Assembly (NCBI GenBank): GCA_905331525.1
Contig: CAJNZF010000223.1
Span: 88,547-102,824, forward strand
From: Rotaria sp.
Lineage: Eukaryota
DNA length: 14,278 nucleotides
Direction: 5' to 3'
Shown: positions 1 through 10,909 of the stretch, piece by piece
How the letters are laid out: the number at the start of each line of letters is the position of its first letter
Numbering within the stretch: the stretch's first letter is position 1
Position numbers and translations under genes: made by a program
Notes under the pieces: generated by a model
Databases searched by the model: none
What the model was told of the DNA's origin: nothing
What the model saw: only the letters and a program-made list of their open reading frames with translations

Positions 1-583
1 GATTACAACATTAGAAAGTCTAGTATGATCTACTTATTATTAAGTTCAACTTCAAAAAGATTTACAATCTCCTACTTTTTAAGAGTAATCGCAAAAAGGA
101 CATTTGCTAGTACTTTCATGTACATGGACACAAAATCTTTGAACGCTTTTTATAACTCAACAAGGCTTACTTACTCATGAACAAAACATCGGTTCAAATG
201 GACATGGATATTTGCGAATGTTTTCTCGTTACATCTCCTGTCATATTTCAAGAGTCTCTTTCAAAAAGTTTTGGAACATGAGATCGTCTTAAATAAAATT
301 CATATTTATTTACATGAAAAATCCGAAAATAACAACCTATGACTACTATTGATTTTGACTCATTCTGAGTAATATATCTGTAATAGCATTTTTTTTTCTA
401 TACGAATTATGAAATGACATAGATTAAAATTGCATTTTTGTATGCTATCAATATTATCCTACAAGATGGTCATATTCGTATTGCTCAATGTCATAAAACA
501 ATTTCGCTTTGACAAATGAATAGGTCCTATTATTTTATTCTAATAACAAAAAAATAAAATAAAATAAAATTCTTTAATCAATT

Positions 584-2836
584 TTAATCATTCAAAATCT
601 TGTTATTCAATACATAATCAACCATATCTGCTTGTGATCTAAGTAAATTAACTTCTGCATAATAACACATGTTAAATCGTGCTTGATCTTTAATATCATT
701 GCACATTTTTTTATGATATGCATGTTTTAAACCAGGTTCAACAGCACGAAATACATAACATTCAGATGAAATATTAACAAATTGTTGAAATAAATTACCA
801 TCTTCAACTCCCCAATCATGATTATTTATTTCCCATCCACCAATTCGATCTAAATCTTGTTTACGTACAGCTACATTTCCAAAACCATAAATAGAAAATA
901 AACCAAAATTAGTTCGTACATCATTTATTGAATGATTATTAACAATAGATATATTTGAAAAAAATGAATAAACTATTGGAAAATATACTGTACAAAATGA
1001 TATTGATAATTGATGAATCATTAAACGACGAGTATTAATTAATGACTGTCTTGTAAATATAATATCTACATCAAGAAAAAATAATAATTGATTATTAGAA
1101 AAATATTTTGATGCTAATTGACGACCAAGACCACGATTATATGCATGTTGAGTTTCATTAATAATTGTTAAACGAATAGATGTTGAATATCTGACTATTA
1201 ATTTATATATTTGATCAATTATTGAATTTTTTTGTTGAAAATAAAGTATTGTTAAAGTAAAATGTTGTTGTTGATCAGGATAATCAAGTATTTCATGTTG
1301 AAAATTATGAATAAATCTTAATAGTGCTTTATCTCTATTATTTGAAACAACAATTAGATTTAATTGATATTCTTGTTGATTTAAATTAAGATTAGTTATT
1401 TCTCGAGAATCAATTTTATGTTTATCAACGAATGATTGACGAAGATGAAAACGTTTTCGAATAACAGTTGATCGAGGTGATAAAATAGAAACTGTACGAA
1501 CATTCAACAATACTTCAACTATTAATTCTAAACCATATCGTGGTATTACACGATGATAACCTAACAAAAATTTACCATTAGTCACTGTCCAATTACTAGA
1601 ACGTTGATGCCAAAGTTTCTGTAAATGTTCTATATAAGATTGAACACTTGTATTAATATATGATTTCCAACGTGCATCAATTAATTGATAATGTATATCT
1701 CGTACAAGATCAAATTCCATATTATTTAAAAATGTAACATAATTTTGTTTATTTGATGATTTCCATGTAGATAATTGAAGTTTTTTTTGTTGTTCTCGAT
1801 AATAAAATTTATATAATTGTTGAAATATTGTACGATTTTTAATTGGATGAAGGATCAATGCTCGAGAAACAATCGATGGTGTAAAACCAAAACCAAATAA
1901 ATAACTAGGACCATAATGATGATAAAATAACAATTTTGAATTATATGCATTAGTACAATCAATATGAACATGTATTAAAATACATCGACCTAATTCAACA
2001 TCTTCATGATTTGTACGAAGTTCTGATTTAAAACATTGATCAAGCCATGGTCCTAATTGTATAAGAGTTTTTTGTGAAAGTATTACTCCACTTCCACCCA
2101 TACAAAAATACTAAAAAAAAAAACATAAAAAGAAAATAGAAGCTTTGTTTATTTATTTTATTACCTTTCCCGGTGGAAAATAAATAGTCGATTCACTTTT
2201 TCTTCCTGTACCACCTTGTCCTATATATAAAGCTCGTTGATGATCAATTGATTTAAGCCATTTAATTAAATCAGGAATATTAACATAAGCATTATCATCT
2301 AAACGTAATATCCATGATGTTCTATGTCGATAATATGTATAAAGAAATTTCATAGCATAGAAACTTTTTTTCTGTGGTGGATATTCATTTTCTACATGTT
2401 TTAATTTAACAATAAAACAACACGATTGAATATTTTGATTTGATTTAAAAAAAAATTTTTCTATAAAATTTTCTATATTTAAAGATTTTTCTTCAAGAAA
2501 TATAATTATTTCAATTTCAATTGTTGTTGTTAATAACCATGTTTCAAATATAGCTGGTAAATATTCTAATAAACGTTCATGTGATGATAAAACAGCAATA
2601 GTTAAAAATATATTTGATGTTTGATTTTGACATGTATGAATTGTTCGATATTGAAAATGATTATAAAATGGCATTGATTTAATAATTATTGGTTTTGGAA
2701 AAAATGATAAATATGATGATGAACAATCATTTCGAAGAATAAATTCCCAATAATGTAAACCAAGAAAAAAACCAAGAAAAAAGAAACATATTATTAATAA
2801 AAAATATTTCCAACCATTGAATGATGTACGCGGCAT
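584..2836 (-). CDS. CHSY1: Chondroitin sulfate synthase-like type II membrane glycosyltransferase (N-terminal GT31/Fringe-like domain plus C-terminal chondroitin N-acetylgalactosaminyltransferase domain); spliced join of 2836..2165 and 2110..584
   Basis: Two minus-strand ORFs join in frame through a 54-bp intron (2164..2111; donor GTAATA, acceptor TTTTTTTAG), giving ...STIYFPPGK|YFCMGGSGVILSQKTL.... Exon 1 encodes an N-terminal hydrophobic anchor (YFLLIICFFFLGFFLGLHY) and WILRLDDNAYV. Exon 2 encodes NHEDVELGRC, LHPIKN, YGLELIVEVLL, LLFFLDVDIIF, YFPIVYS, YGFGNVAVRKQDLDRIGGW and WGVEDGNLFQQF, which match the layout of CHSY-family proteins recalled from knowledge. Predicted length is about 732 aa. 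Confidence 0.9.
2111..2164 (-). other. 54-bp spliceosomal intron in the chondroitin synthase-like gene
   Basis: Minus-strand GTAATA...TTTTTTTTTAG separates two ORFs that encode adjacent parts of the same domain. Splicing restores PPGK-YFCMGGSG. Confidence 0.88.
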
Positions 2837-4314
2837 TCATTGCTTATTATACAAAAACAATAATTATTTTCGTCATTATTTCTCTAAAATGATAATTAGA
2901 AAAAAAAAACAATCGTATTTCATCAATTGCAATATTTTGAAGATTAGACTTGAGAGTGAATCAAAAAAATTTATCAATTAGATATTAAGAATTCAACTAA
3001 TAAACTTCAAGTACTATGAACTCAAGTCAAGTAAAAATGTCACAGTAGTTAATTCAATCCTAGTCTCAAAAAGAGAATGACATTTAGTGTGAAATATAAC
3101 TCAAGCCATATAATTTACTGAGCCAATAAACGATGCATATTTTAGTCTTCAGTCTTGAAGTTTTATTTAATTGATATGATATATAAGATGATTCGCTTAC
3201 TGTAATCTATGAATTCGGGTTCGATCAAATATTATTTTTGATTTTCTATGCATTGAATAATGTGAGTAAAAGAAAAACAATATTTTAATAACTATAATAT
3301 ATTTTTAATAATATATAATATCGATTGTTTCTTGTAAATAACATTCATATACAAATATTATTTATATTAAACAAAAAAGCTTTTTAGTCAAGGATTTCTC
3401 TATGAAATGACATGAAAATTACTACCTTCATAATCTTCCTATATATATTATCAACCTTACCTGATATATTATGTGTCGTTCTTCATTACATACTAATCTT
3501 CTACTTGTATAACATCAGTCTATTTTTCTCTTTTCTTTCTTTCGTTGTATACTAATATTGAGTTAGTGAAAAGGAAAAAAAACGACTGAAGTAAAAATAC
3601 ATTGTGCAATCATTTGATGTTAATTTGAAGTTCGTGTCAGATTACGAGCCTTTAAAAAAAAAGAAAAATCAAAAAATAATTACCATAATATATATCGCAA
3701 GAAAGTAAAGAAGCTTTATTTTTTTTATGGCTGTAATTTGTAAGTATTGACAAGCAAAATAATAGAGCATGATTTTTACACACAGGTGTCGTTGATTTAT
3801 CTGAATGAAAAAAGTCGTATAAAAATATGAATAACAACCATTCTTTAAATAATCAAGGACTTTAGAAAGGCGAAAGATCGACTTCAATAGAAGAAAAAAA
3901 AAGAAACGATTAAATTACATGTTTGTTGAAAAAGTAAGAGAACATGACCATGATTACTTGATTTTTTATAATATAGAAAAAAAACATGCATACAACATAT
4001 ATTTTGCATAGTGCTCTTAGTTTTTACGTATATCGAAAAAGAATATTTATTAATTTATTCAAAAGTGAATAATTCATACATATATATATATATTTAGACT
4101 AAATTAAATACGAAATATAAACAACATCTGTATTTCACACCTTTATTTTATTCTAATTATTATTATTTTTTTTTTTGTTCGAACCCATATTTCATTTATT
4201 TAAACAAGAAAGTAAACTAAACCTCTACTGTAAACAAAAAAGACAAAAAAAGAAAAAAAGAGCGCAAAAGAAAAATTAAAAATTAATTTAGTTTAAAATG
4301 ATATTTTGCTTTTC

Positions 4315-5911
4315 CTAACTAGCATCAATATTTGTTGTTCCAGATCCTTGTGAACGAAATAATTGAAATGAAACCATACCACGCATACCTCTTGAATCAT
4401 GTTGAATACCTGGTGCCCAAGCTCGACATGTTACACTAAGAAGACGATTTAATGGTAAATTTTTAAATTGAACTAATACAAATGGTTGAACATGATCAGG
4501 AGCATTTCTATTATATAAAAAAACATAGAACAATATTAGCCTTTTCTTATAAATTTATAAAAGCTTACCGATATGGAAAGTAATAATTTGGTATAACACC
4601 ATATACTTTAGAACCAGATGGATCACCCAATGAATAATATATTATACCACTTAAAGCATCTCTATCAGCTGGATTCTATTTTCATAAGAAAAAAAAAAAA
4701 CATAATTTAAACGACATGTTTTTAATGATGATTTTTTTTTTGAAAGAAAAGAAGATTGGTTAACAACGAAAGAAATTTTTGATGGAGAATACATTAAATT
4801 ACTATGTTTTGATAACTATGCATCTATTCAAAAGAAAGATCAAATGTCTTTCATCTGTAACATACCGATCCTTCACATGTAATGTAAACATGAGATTTTG
4901 CTATACTTTTATTACTGTTGATATTTTGAAGGTGTTGTATACGTAATGGTAAAGGACCCTTTATTGGTGTCCATCCATAGACCTATAAAGAATTCATTTT
5001 TTTTTTCTTTGAACAAAAACAAATTATTGAATACTTTATTTAATTTAACAAGAACACATGGTTCTTCATTTTTAAAACCATACATATTATTATCCGAACA
5101 TGGATGATCTTGTGTTTTAACAATATGAAACCAATTAAATGTACATGCTGTACCGGGTACTAAGTCTGCTGATGTTTCTTTTTCTGAACATTCTTCTGTT
5201 CTAGCATCAGTTTTTTGAATAAGATAAACTACAAAGAAAATAAAAAGAAAATACTTTTTTTTTTCTCAAAAGAAAAATACAACAATATAACTAACTATCA
5301 CGAAATAATCGAAGTGATGAAGCAATACGTCTTTGTTCATGTTCATTATTTGTTACTCGAATAAGACTATCATCAACTTCTGGTTGAGGTCGAAAACCCA
5401 TTCCAACTACATTAACAAAGATAGGAAAAATGATTTTAAAATATTTATTTCATTTATTTGTTTTTTTTTGTACAAACCAACAGTAGCTGTTGTTCGTACA
5501 GCCATTGTACTATCCTTGTTATAGTATGTTGGTATTTCACGATCAAGCATTAAAGCAAATACGTATAGTAAAAGAACAAAAAACATTCCCAAACAAAAAT
5601 AAAATACTGTATAAAATGCAGCTAATCTAACTAAAATATATATATATAAATAAGTAATATTTTTTGATTCATTTTACTTTCAACTTACGCCAATTAAGAG
5701 AACTACGACCAAGTATTGTTTTTCTACGTGGATCATATAAAAAGTTTGTTCTTGATTTGTCTAATTTTTTATTTGTTTGAATTATTTCTTCATTTAAAGG
5801 AGTTGTTTTTTCTTTTAGAAAACCAGCTTTTGAAACTTCTGTATATGGACTTGGTGGAAGTACACGAATATCATCTTGATTTTTTCCTTGTCCAGTATTA
5901 TTTCCATTCAT
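4315..5911 (-). CDS. ATP1B: Sodium/potassium-transporting ATPase beta subunit; spliced join of 5911..5689, 5630..5478, 5406..5296, 5228..5035, 4982..4866, 4675..4569, 4507..4315
   Basis: Manual splice reconstruction with GT/AG boundaries keeps frame over all seven exons (1098 nt, 365 aa plus stop). Translation runs MNGNNTGQ...FLYDPRRKTILGRSSLNW|LRLAAFYTVFYFCLGMFFVLLLYVFALML...TATV|VGMGFRPQPEVDDSLIRV...ECSEKETSADLVPGTACTFNWFHIVKTQDHPCSDNNMYGFKNEEPCVLVKLNK|VYGWTPIKG...HVYITCEGS|NPADRDALSGIIYYSLGDPSGSKVYGVIPNYYFPYR|NAPDHVQPFVLVQFKNLPLNRLLSVTCRAWAPGIQHDSRGMRGMVSFQLF. This shows the single N-terminal TM segment, the PCVLVKLN motif, and six ectodomain cysteines expected for the three beta-subunit disulfides. 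The upstream in-frame start at 5947 in the track is a GTG; the first in-frame ATG is at 5911. Confidence 0.93.
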
Positions 5912-7278
5912 TTTATCTATTTCAATCAAATAGCAATAAACAAACACAACATTTTTATATATTACAGTAAAGAGAAAAAAAAAAACAAACCAAATTCACT
6001 TTCACAAGAAAATATTTCGCTCTTGTGTTATATGGTGATTGCAAATGAAAGGATGATAACGTTAGTGTATGTATGCAAGTGTATTCAACCATAACCAAAA
6101 TATATGCATATGTTTATGCTTTATACACTCTTTGCTTGTGTTCGTATTCAGAGGACATACAATATGCATTAACATACGAAAATGAGAGGCAAACAGTTTG
6201 TTTTTTTTGTATAGATAAAACACAGAACAGAATACACCAGTTGTTTGCATATTGAGGATTATATCATAACTAGAAACATGATTTTATTATTATTTTAATA
6301 TCAATTTTTAATACGTATTTTTTTTTATGGATAGAAAATGAATCATGTTATTGATATATGAACTATGTTTAATGATAAAGAAAAGAATTCTTTTTTTACT
6401 TGTTTATTGTTTTGTTATCGTGACATGTTAGGAATAAATTATACATTTTTCTTTGTATTTATATTTGTTTTTTGAGTTTATCATTGATATTTTATTATAA
6501 ATCTCTCAAATGAATAGCTCTCTATGAGTATTCTTGATAGAATTCAATAACCGTTGCTTTTCTTTTAGCAGACATTAGTTCAAAAAGTAAAAAAAAAAAA
6601 ACAACGAGTTATTCTATAAATGAAACAACCAAATGAGATCGATTTACATTAACAAATTTTCATGATTTTCAACTAAAGTCAAACTATATATAAACCATTT
6701 TTAAATAAATACCCTCATTTAAATATCTCAGTAAAAAAAACTTTACTTTATAATTCATTTTGGTAGCTCATTATATTTTTTTGTGATAACAAATTATTAA
6801 TTAATTTATATATATGTATCATATAAAGAAGAAGAAATTTCATGAGTCACAAAAAAATTAGAACTATAAATAGAGAATAAAAGTGTGAGAAGCAATCAAG
6901 CATGACTTTTATGAATGTTTTAAATATTGATGGCAAAAACCAAGTTTTTTGAATGTAAAAGTTTATAAATGTAAATATTTATCATAGCCATCTTCAAATT
7001 GGTATAAATATCGAACCAAAATAATTAGGAAAACAACGCACTTGAGAACTTTTAATTCGTTATATTATTGAAAATATCGACTTTGAATTTTAACAAATCT
7101 ATTGTAAGTATAGATACTAATTATCTTGAGAAAAGTTTTCAAGTCACCTATGTTTTTTCTAACTGACAGAGGAATGTAGTATATTGTAAATTCAAAAGAT
7201 TGATCATATTCTCATCCAATGAATGCTTTCATTATCAAACTAACTAATTTAAAATATGAGCCATCCATAGCATGCATG

Positions 7279-7639
7279 AAACCGATAAATTCCAATTTCA
7301 AGGTATTTACAATTGATGTCATATAGTTATACTTCAAAATTTAAACAGTATTTATTTTTTTTTAAGTTTTTTTTCGTCATGGTTGGATAGAGCTCGATAA
7401 ATTACACAAGAAAAGACAATATTAGACATATTCAACAAGCAGCGATTGTACAAAAGTCAAAATTTTGTATCTATTACTCTTACATCCAGGAATAAAGGTA
7501 TCTTGAGCTTGTTCTTTTGAATGTATCTCGCAGAGCTCTATCCAATCATAACAAAAAAAAAATAAATGCTGTTGAATTTTTGAAGTATGAACACTTGACA
7601 TTCATTGTAAATGCCTTCAAATCCCGATAGCTCGGTTTG
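7279..7639. repeat. Long imperfect inverted repeat (foldback/MITE-like element) with arms ~7279-7400 and ~7530-7639
   Basis: Left arm AAACCGATAAATTCCAATTTCAAGGTATTTACAATTGATGTC...ATACTTCAAAATTTAAACAGTATTTATTTTTTTTT...CGTCATGGTTGGATAGAGCTC. Reverse complement of the right arm: AAACCGAGCTATCGGGATTTGAAGGCATTTACAATGAATGTC...ATACTTCAAAAATTCAACAGCATTTATTTTTTTTT...TGTTATGATTGGATAGAGCTC. TTGGATAGAGCTC (7383-7395) and its complement (7533-7545) match perfectly. Confidence 0.85.
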
Positions 7640-8021
7640 TTTTCTTGTATACCAAGCAAAAAAACTAGCGGTACATCTTATTTTTAAAGAAAAGTAAAAT
7701 AAGCACCATAAACACTTTCTAGTGTAACTTGAAGAAAAGCGTCAAGTAAAAATTTTCAGTGCTTATGACTCTGATATTGCCTACAGACAAGCACATGAGA
7801 ATTTTAACTCAATGATAGCTTTTGCTCTATGTACCAAGTTTTATTAGTTTTAAAAGTTTCATAACTGACTGATATGCGGTTATTTGAACAAGTTTTCTTT
7901 CAGTCAAAATCATTTCTTTACACAAAATAATATTCATAATTAAAAGGCCACACTATGCATAGAAAATTTCGTATTTCATTTTAGTTCTATACGTCTTGCA
8001 CTAATCGATTTTGATTTGTTC

Positions 8022-9320
8022 ATGTCTCAAACACTTTGTACCATAAATAAATGTAAACGAATATCACGTGCTCTTTGTCATTGTTGTAATCAAGATCTTT
8101 GTTTATTACATTTGAAAGAACATAATGATATGGTTATTGCACAATTAAATCCATTAACAGATGAAATAAATACAATTGATAATCAACTGATGACAATCGA
8201 TATTAAAGAATCAATTGGAGAATGTCGTAAACAACTTGAAGAATGGCGTAATAAATATTATAAAACTGTTGATAATTTATTCGAACAAAAATATAAAGAA
8301 ATTGAACAGATTGTAATTAATAAAATCGATAAACAAAAAGATGAAATTAATTTAACACGAAGTACTTTAACTAAACTTATTCACGAAGAAGAAGCATCTC
8401 AACAAGATGTTGATTTACTAAAAACAGAAATTCATCAACTTAATGAAAATTTAAATAAAATTGAACATATATCTTTTCAAATCAATATTCAACCATTAGT
8501 AATTGATGATCATATAATTCAAATTCAAGAAAAAGCAGATCTACACTCAGTTCTTTCTCTACCATTCAAAACAATCGATTTTCCTGGAATAAAATCTCCA
8601 ATTATCGCTTCTAATGATCGATATTTATTATTTCATCAAAATTTATATTTATGTTTGATTGATTATGATTATAAAATAATTAAAAAACTTCCTTGGTATT
8701 TAGAACAAATACAAGATATATGTTGGTCATCAACATTAGATCGATTTATTTTAATTGTTGAAAGTTGTGGTATTTGTTTTGTTCATGAAAATACAATTTC
8801 ATTAGACAATGCAAATTGTCTTAAAAAAGAAAAATTTCATTCTTGTACATGTTCTAATACATCTTTATTTTTAAGTGTTGATGATTATATGTCAACTATA
8901 ATAGAATATCGTTTATTACCATCAATAGAAATTATTAAACAATGGAAATCTCCTGATACATGTATACAAGATGAATATATTGATTGTATACGTTATAATA
9001 ATGAAACACTTGCTTTAGTTATTCAAAAATTTCCTGAAAAATTATTAAAATTTGAATTAAGATCTGCTAAAACACTTGATCGATTATGGTCTGTTCAAGT
9101 TGATATAGATTCAAAACCTTTTCAATGTGGATATTGTTTATTTTATGATTATTATTGGTTATTTATTAATAAGAATTCATCATGTATTTTAAATATAACA
9201 ACAGATGGAAAAATAAAAGAAAAATATGATTATAGTCCAAAAGCATACAACGCTACTTTATTTGCAGACAAGAAATTAGCTATATTAACTGAGAGTGGTA
9301 TAAATTTTCATAAGCTTTAA
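8022..9320 (+). CDS. B-box-type zinc finger / coiled-coil protein with a C-terminal WD/NHL-like beta-propeller-like region (TRIM-like without RING), intronless
   Basis: Single long ORF with first ATG at 8022 (the track start at 8016 is a TTG). The N-terminus CTINKCKRISRALCHCCNQDLCLLHLKEHND has B-box-like Cys/His spacing. A coiled-coil-like segment follows (IDNQLMTIDIKESIGECRKQLEEW...EIHQLNENLNKIEH), then repeated beta-strand-like blocks (DRYLLFHQNLYLCLIDYDYKIIKKL...DRFILIVESCGICFVH...). Confidence 0.75.
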   Translation: MSQTLCTINKCKRISRALCHCCNQDLCLLHLKEHNDMVIAQLNPLTDEINTIDNQLMTIDIKESIGECRKQLEEWRNKYYKTVDNLFEQKYKEIEQIVINKIDKQKDEINLTRSTLTKLIHEEEASQQDVDLLKTEIHQLNENLNKIEHISFQINIQPLVIDDHIIQIQEKADLHSVLSLPFKTIDFPGIKSPIIASNDRYLLFHQNLYLCLIDYDYKIIKKLPWYLEQIQDICWSSTLDRFILIVESCGICFVHENTISLDNANCLKKEKFHSCTCSNTSLFLSVDDYMSTIIEYRLLPSIEIIKQWKSPDTCIQDEYIDCIRYNNETLALVIQKFPEKLLKFELRSAKTLDRLWSVQVDIDSKPFQCGYCLFYDYYWLFINKNSSCILNITTDGKIKEKYDYSPKAYNATLFADKKLAILTESGINFHKL

Positions 9321-10837
9321 TTGAATCTATTTTGTATTGCAATGAACAGAAAAATTTATTTAAATCAAATGCTACTATTCGTTCTTCATTTATTTGTCAA
9401 TAAGAATGTGATATTATGAATAGTATTAAAATTAGTCTTGATGTTTGGGAAATTTTTGGCATTAGAATTTATGAATATGAATGCTAATACATTTAGTACC
9501 TGTGACTAGACCTCTTAAAAAGTGTTCCATTATTGGGAACATTTTAGATTGAATTCTAAGAGATTATAATTGCCGACAATAGGTATATTATAATTAAATA
9601 TAATGCTAATATCTTTACCATTTACACACAATTCAGTATTAGAATTAGTATTAATTAATATTTATGCTTATTCTAATACGACGACTATATAAAAAACAGA
9701 ATCTGTTTTTTTTTTCTAAATAAAGGTACTTTTGATTTAGACATATTTATCAATACATAGAAGATAGAAGAATAATTATAAGATATTTATGAAGGATCTT
9801 CTTGAATTAAAAATGAAAGTCAATAACGAAAACACATAAATTAATAATCGACATGATGTAAGATTTGAAAATGTTTGTAAATCAGAGTTTTATACAACAC
9901 GAAAATTGAAGGATCGACGTCTCTTCGAAGAAAAGTTTGCCTGTCGTCTGAATCAATCTATAATAGGGAAGGCTGATATTCACTATATGTCTACATTGAC
10001 TCTATGTAAGAATTTCAGTTAGTACTATATTAATGCTTGGTTAATAATATTGTATAACATGTATTCTTTACAGGAAGTTTTACAAATAAAATTTCTGAAA
10101 AAAAAAGGAAAATAAAAATTGTTTATTCATATTTTTACATAATATATTCTTGATCGAGATTTATCATGTACTAAAAGCGGTCTAATTTTTATTATGCTTA
10201 TGAAGTTCTTGAGTAAGAAAGTCATGTGATATGAACTATTTTGAAGCTTTATATTCCTTCAGGGAGTCATAACTTATTTTATATTCTTTACAAGAATTTT
10301 GTCGGACATATTTTCATAGCTTGTTATGGATTTTGACATGATGAGAATGATATTAAAAACAGAATGACGGAAATATGTTTTTCCCAAATGACATTTTGAT
10401 GTTATTTTTTTTGCTATTCTATAGACAGTATAGTCTTTGTCAATCACTTTCAACTACTATTAGTGGGCATATATAGACTTTCGATTTATTTCCATTGAAT
10501 GAAGGCATTGTTCTAAGTCGGATTATCCATTGTAGAAGGAAAGTGACTGTCTTCTCTATAATCTTTCTCTGTATCTCGTTTATAGAGTTGATTGATATTG
10601 AAGGTCTGACGAGTAGAACGAACAATCGATTCTAGAAGACTGCCTGCGGTAACAAGATCATTAACGATAAGAATGATGCGAGTCTTAAAAGAAAAAGAAA
10701 GAAGAAAAAAAAAATAAGGACAAAAGCAAAGTATAAAAATCTTCTTATTTTCTCGCTTCTCTCCTCATATTTACGATCGAACGCGTACAGACAAACACTT
10801 TCTCTCTTTATATTGTAATATAAATATTGCAAAAATA

Positions 10838-10909
10838 ATGTCTCATCATTGGTTTTTGTTATCGATATGTCTAACAATTTTATTATTACAAATATCATAT
10901 CTTCATTCT
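10838..10909 (+). other. Predicted signal peptide of the CCAP-like prohormone
   Basis: MSHHWFLLSICLTILLLQISYLHS: hydrophobic core followed by a small polar cleavage-like context. The exact cleavage site is estimated. Confidence 0.7.

Noticed and set aside
3652-3887. Two overlapping minus-strand ORFs of 61 and 72 aa
   Set aside because: Overlapping frames over the same AT-rich DNA, low-complexity translation with Phe/Leu/Ile runs, and no recognisable domain or splice partners.
4178-4192. GGGTTCGAAC on the minus strand, resembling a tRNA T-loop/B-box promoter
   Set aside because: No matching acceptor, D or anticodon arms can be formed around it, so it is not a tRNA.
5333-5524. Plus-strand 63-aa ORF
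   Set aside because: Antisense to exons 2 and 3 of the Na+/K+-ATPase beta gene, so the open frame is explained by the coding constraint of the other strand.
5909-5947. Upstream extension of the ATPase beta N-terminus (MFVYCYLIEIDK)
   Set aside because: The apparent start at 5947 is a GTG codon. The first in-frame ATG (MNGNNTGQ) at 5911 is the more plausible eukaryotic start.
5716-6255. Plus- and minus-strand small ORFs (84, 72, 62 and 60 aa)
   Set aside because: They overlap the first exon or upstream region of the ATPase beta gene, conflict with each other, and encode Phe/Tyr/Lys-rich low-complexity sequence.
9636-9679. GTATTAGAAT ... ATTCTAATAC 10-bp inverted repeat
   Set aside because: Short, entirely AT-rich arms with a 24-bp spacer are plausible by chance in this background.
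10632-10898. Minus-strand 88-aa ORF
   Set aside because: It overlaps the start of the CCAP-like gene, runs into a poly-Phe stretch from a polypyrimidine tract, and has no recognisable motif.
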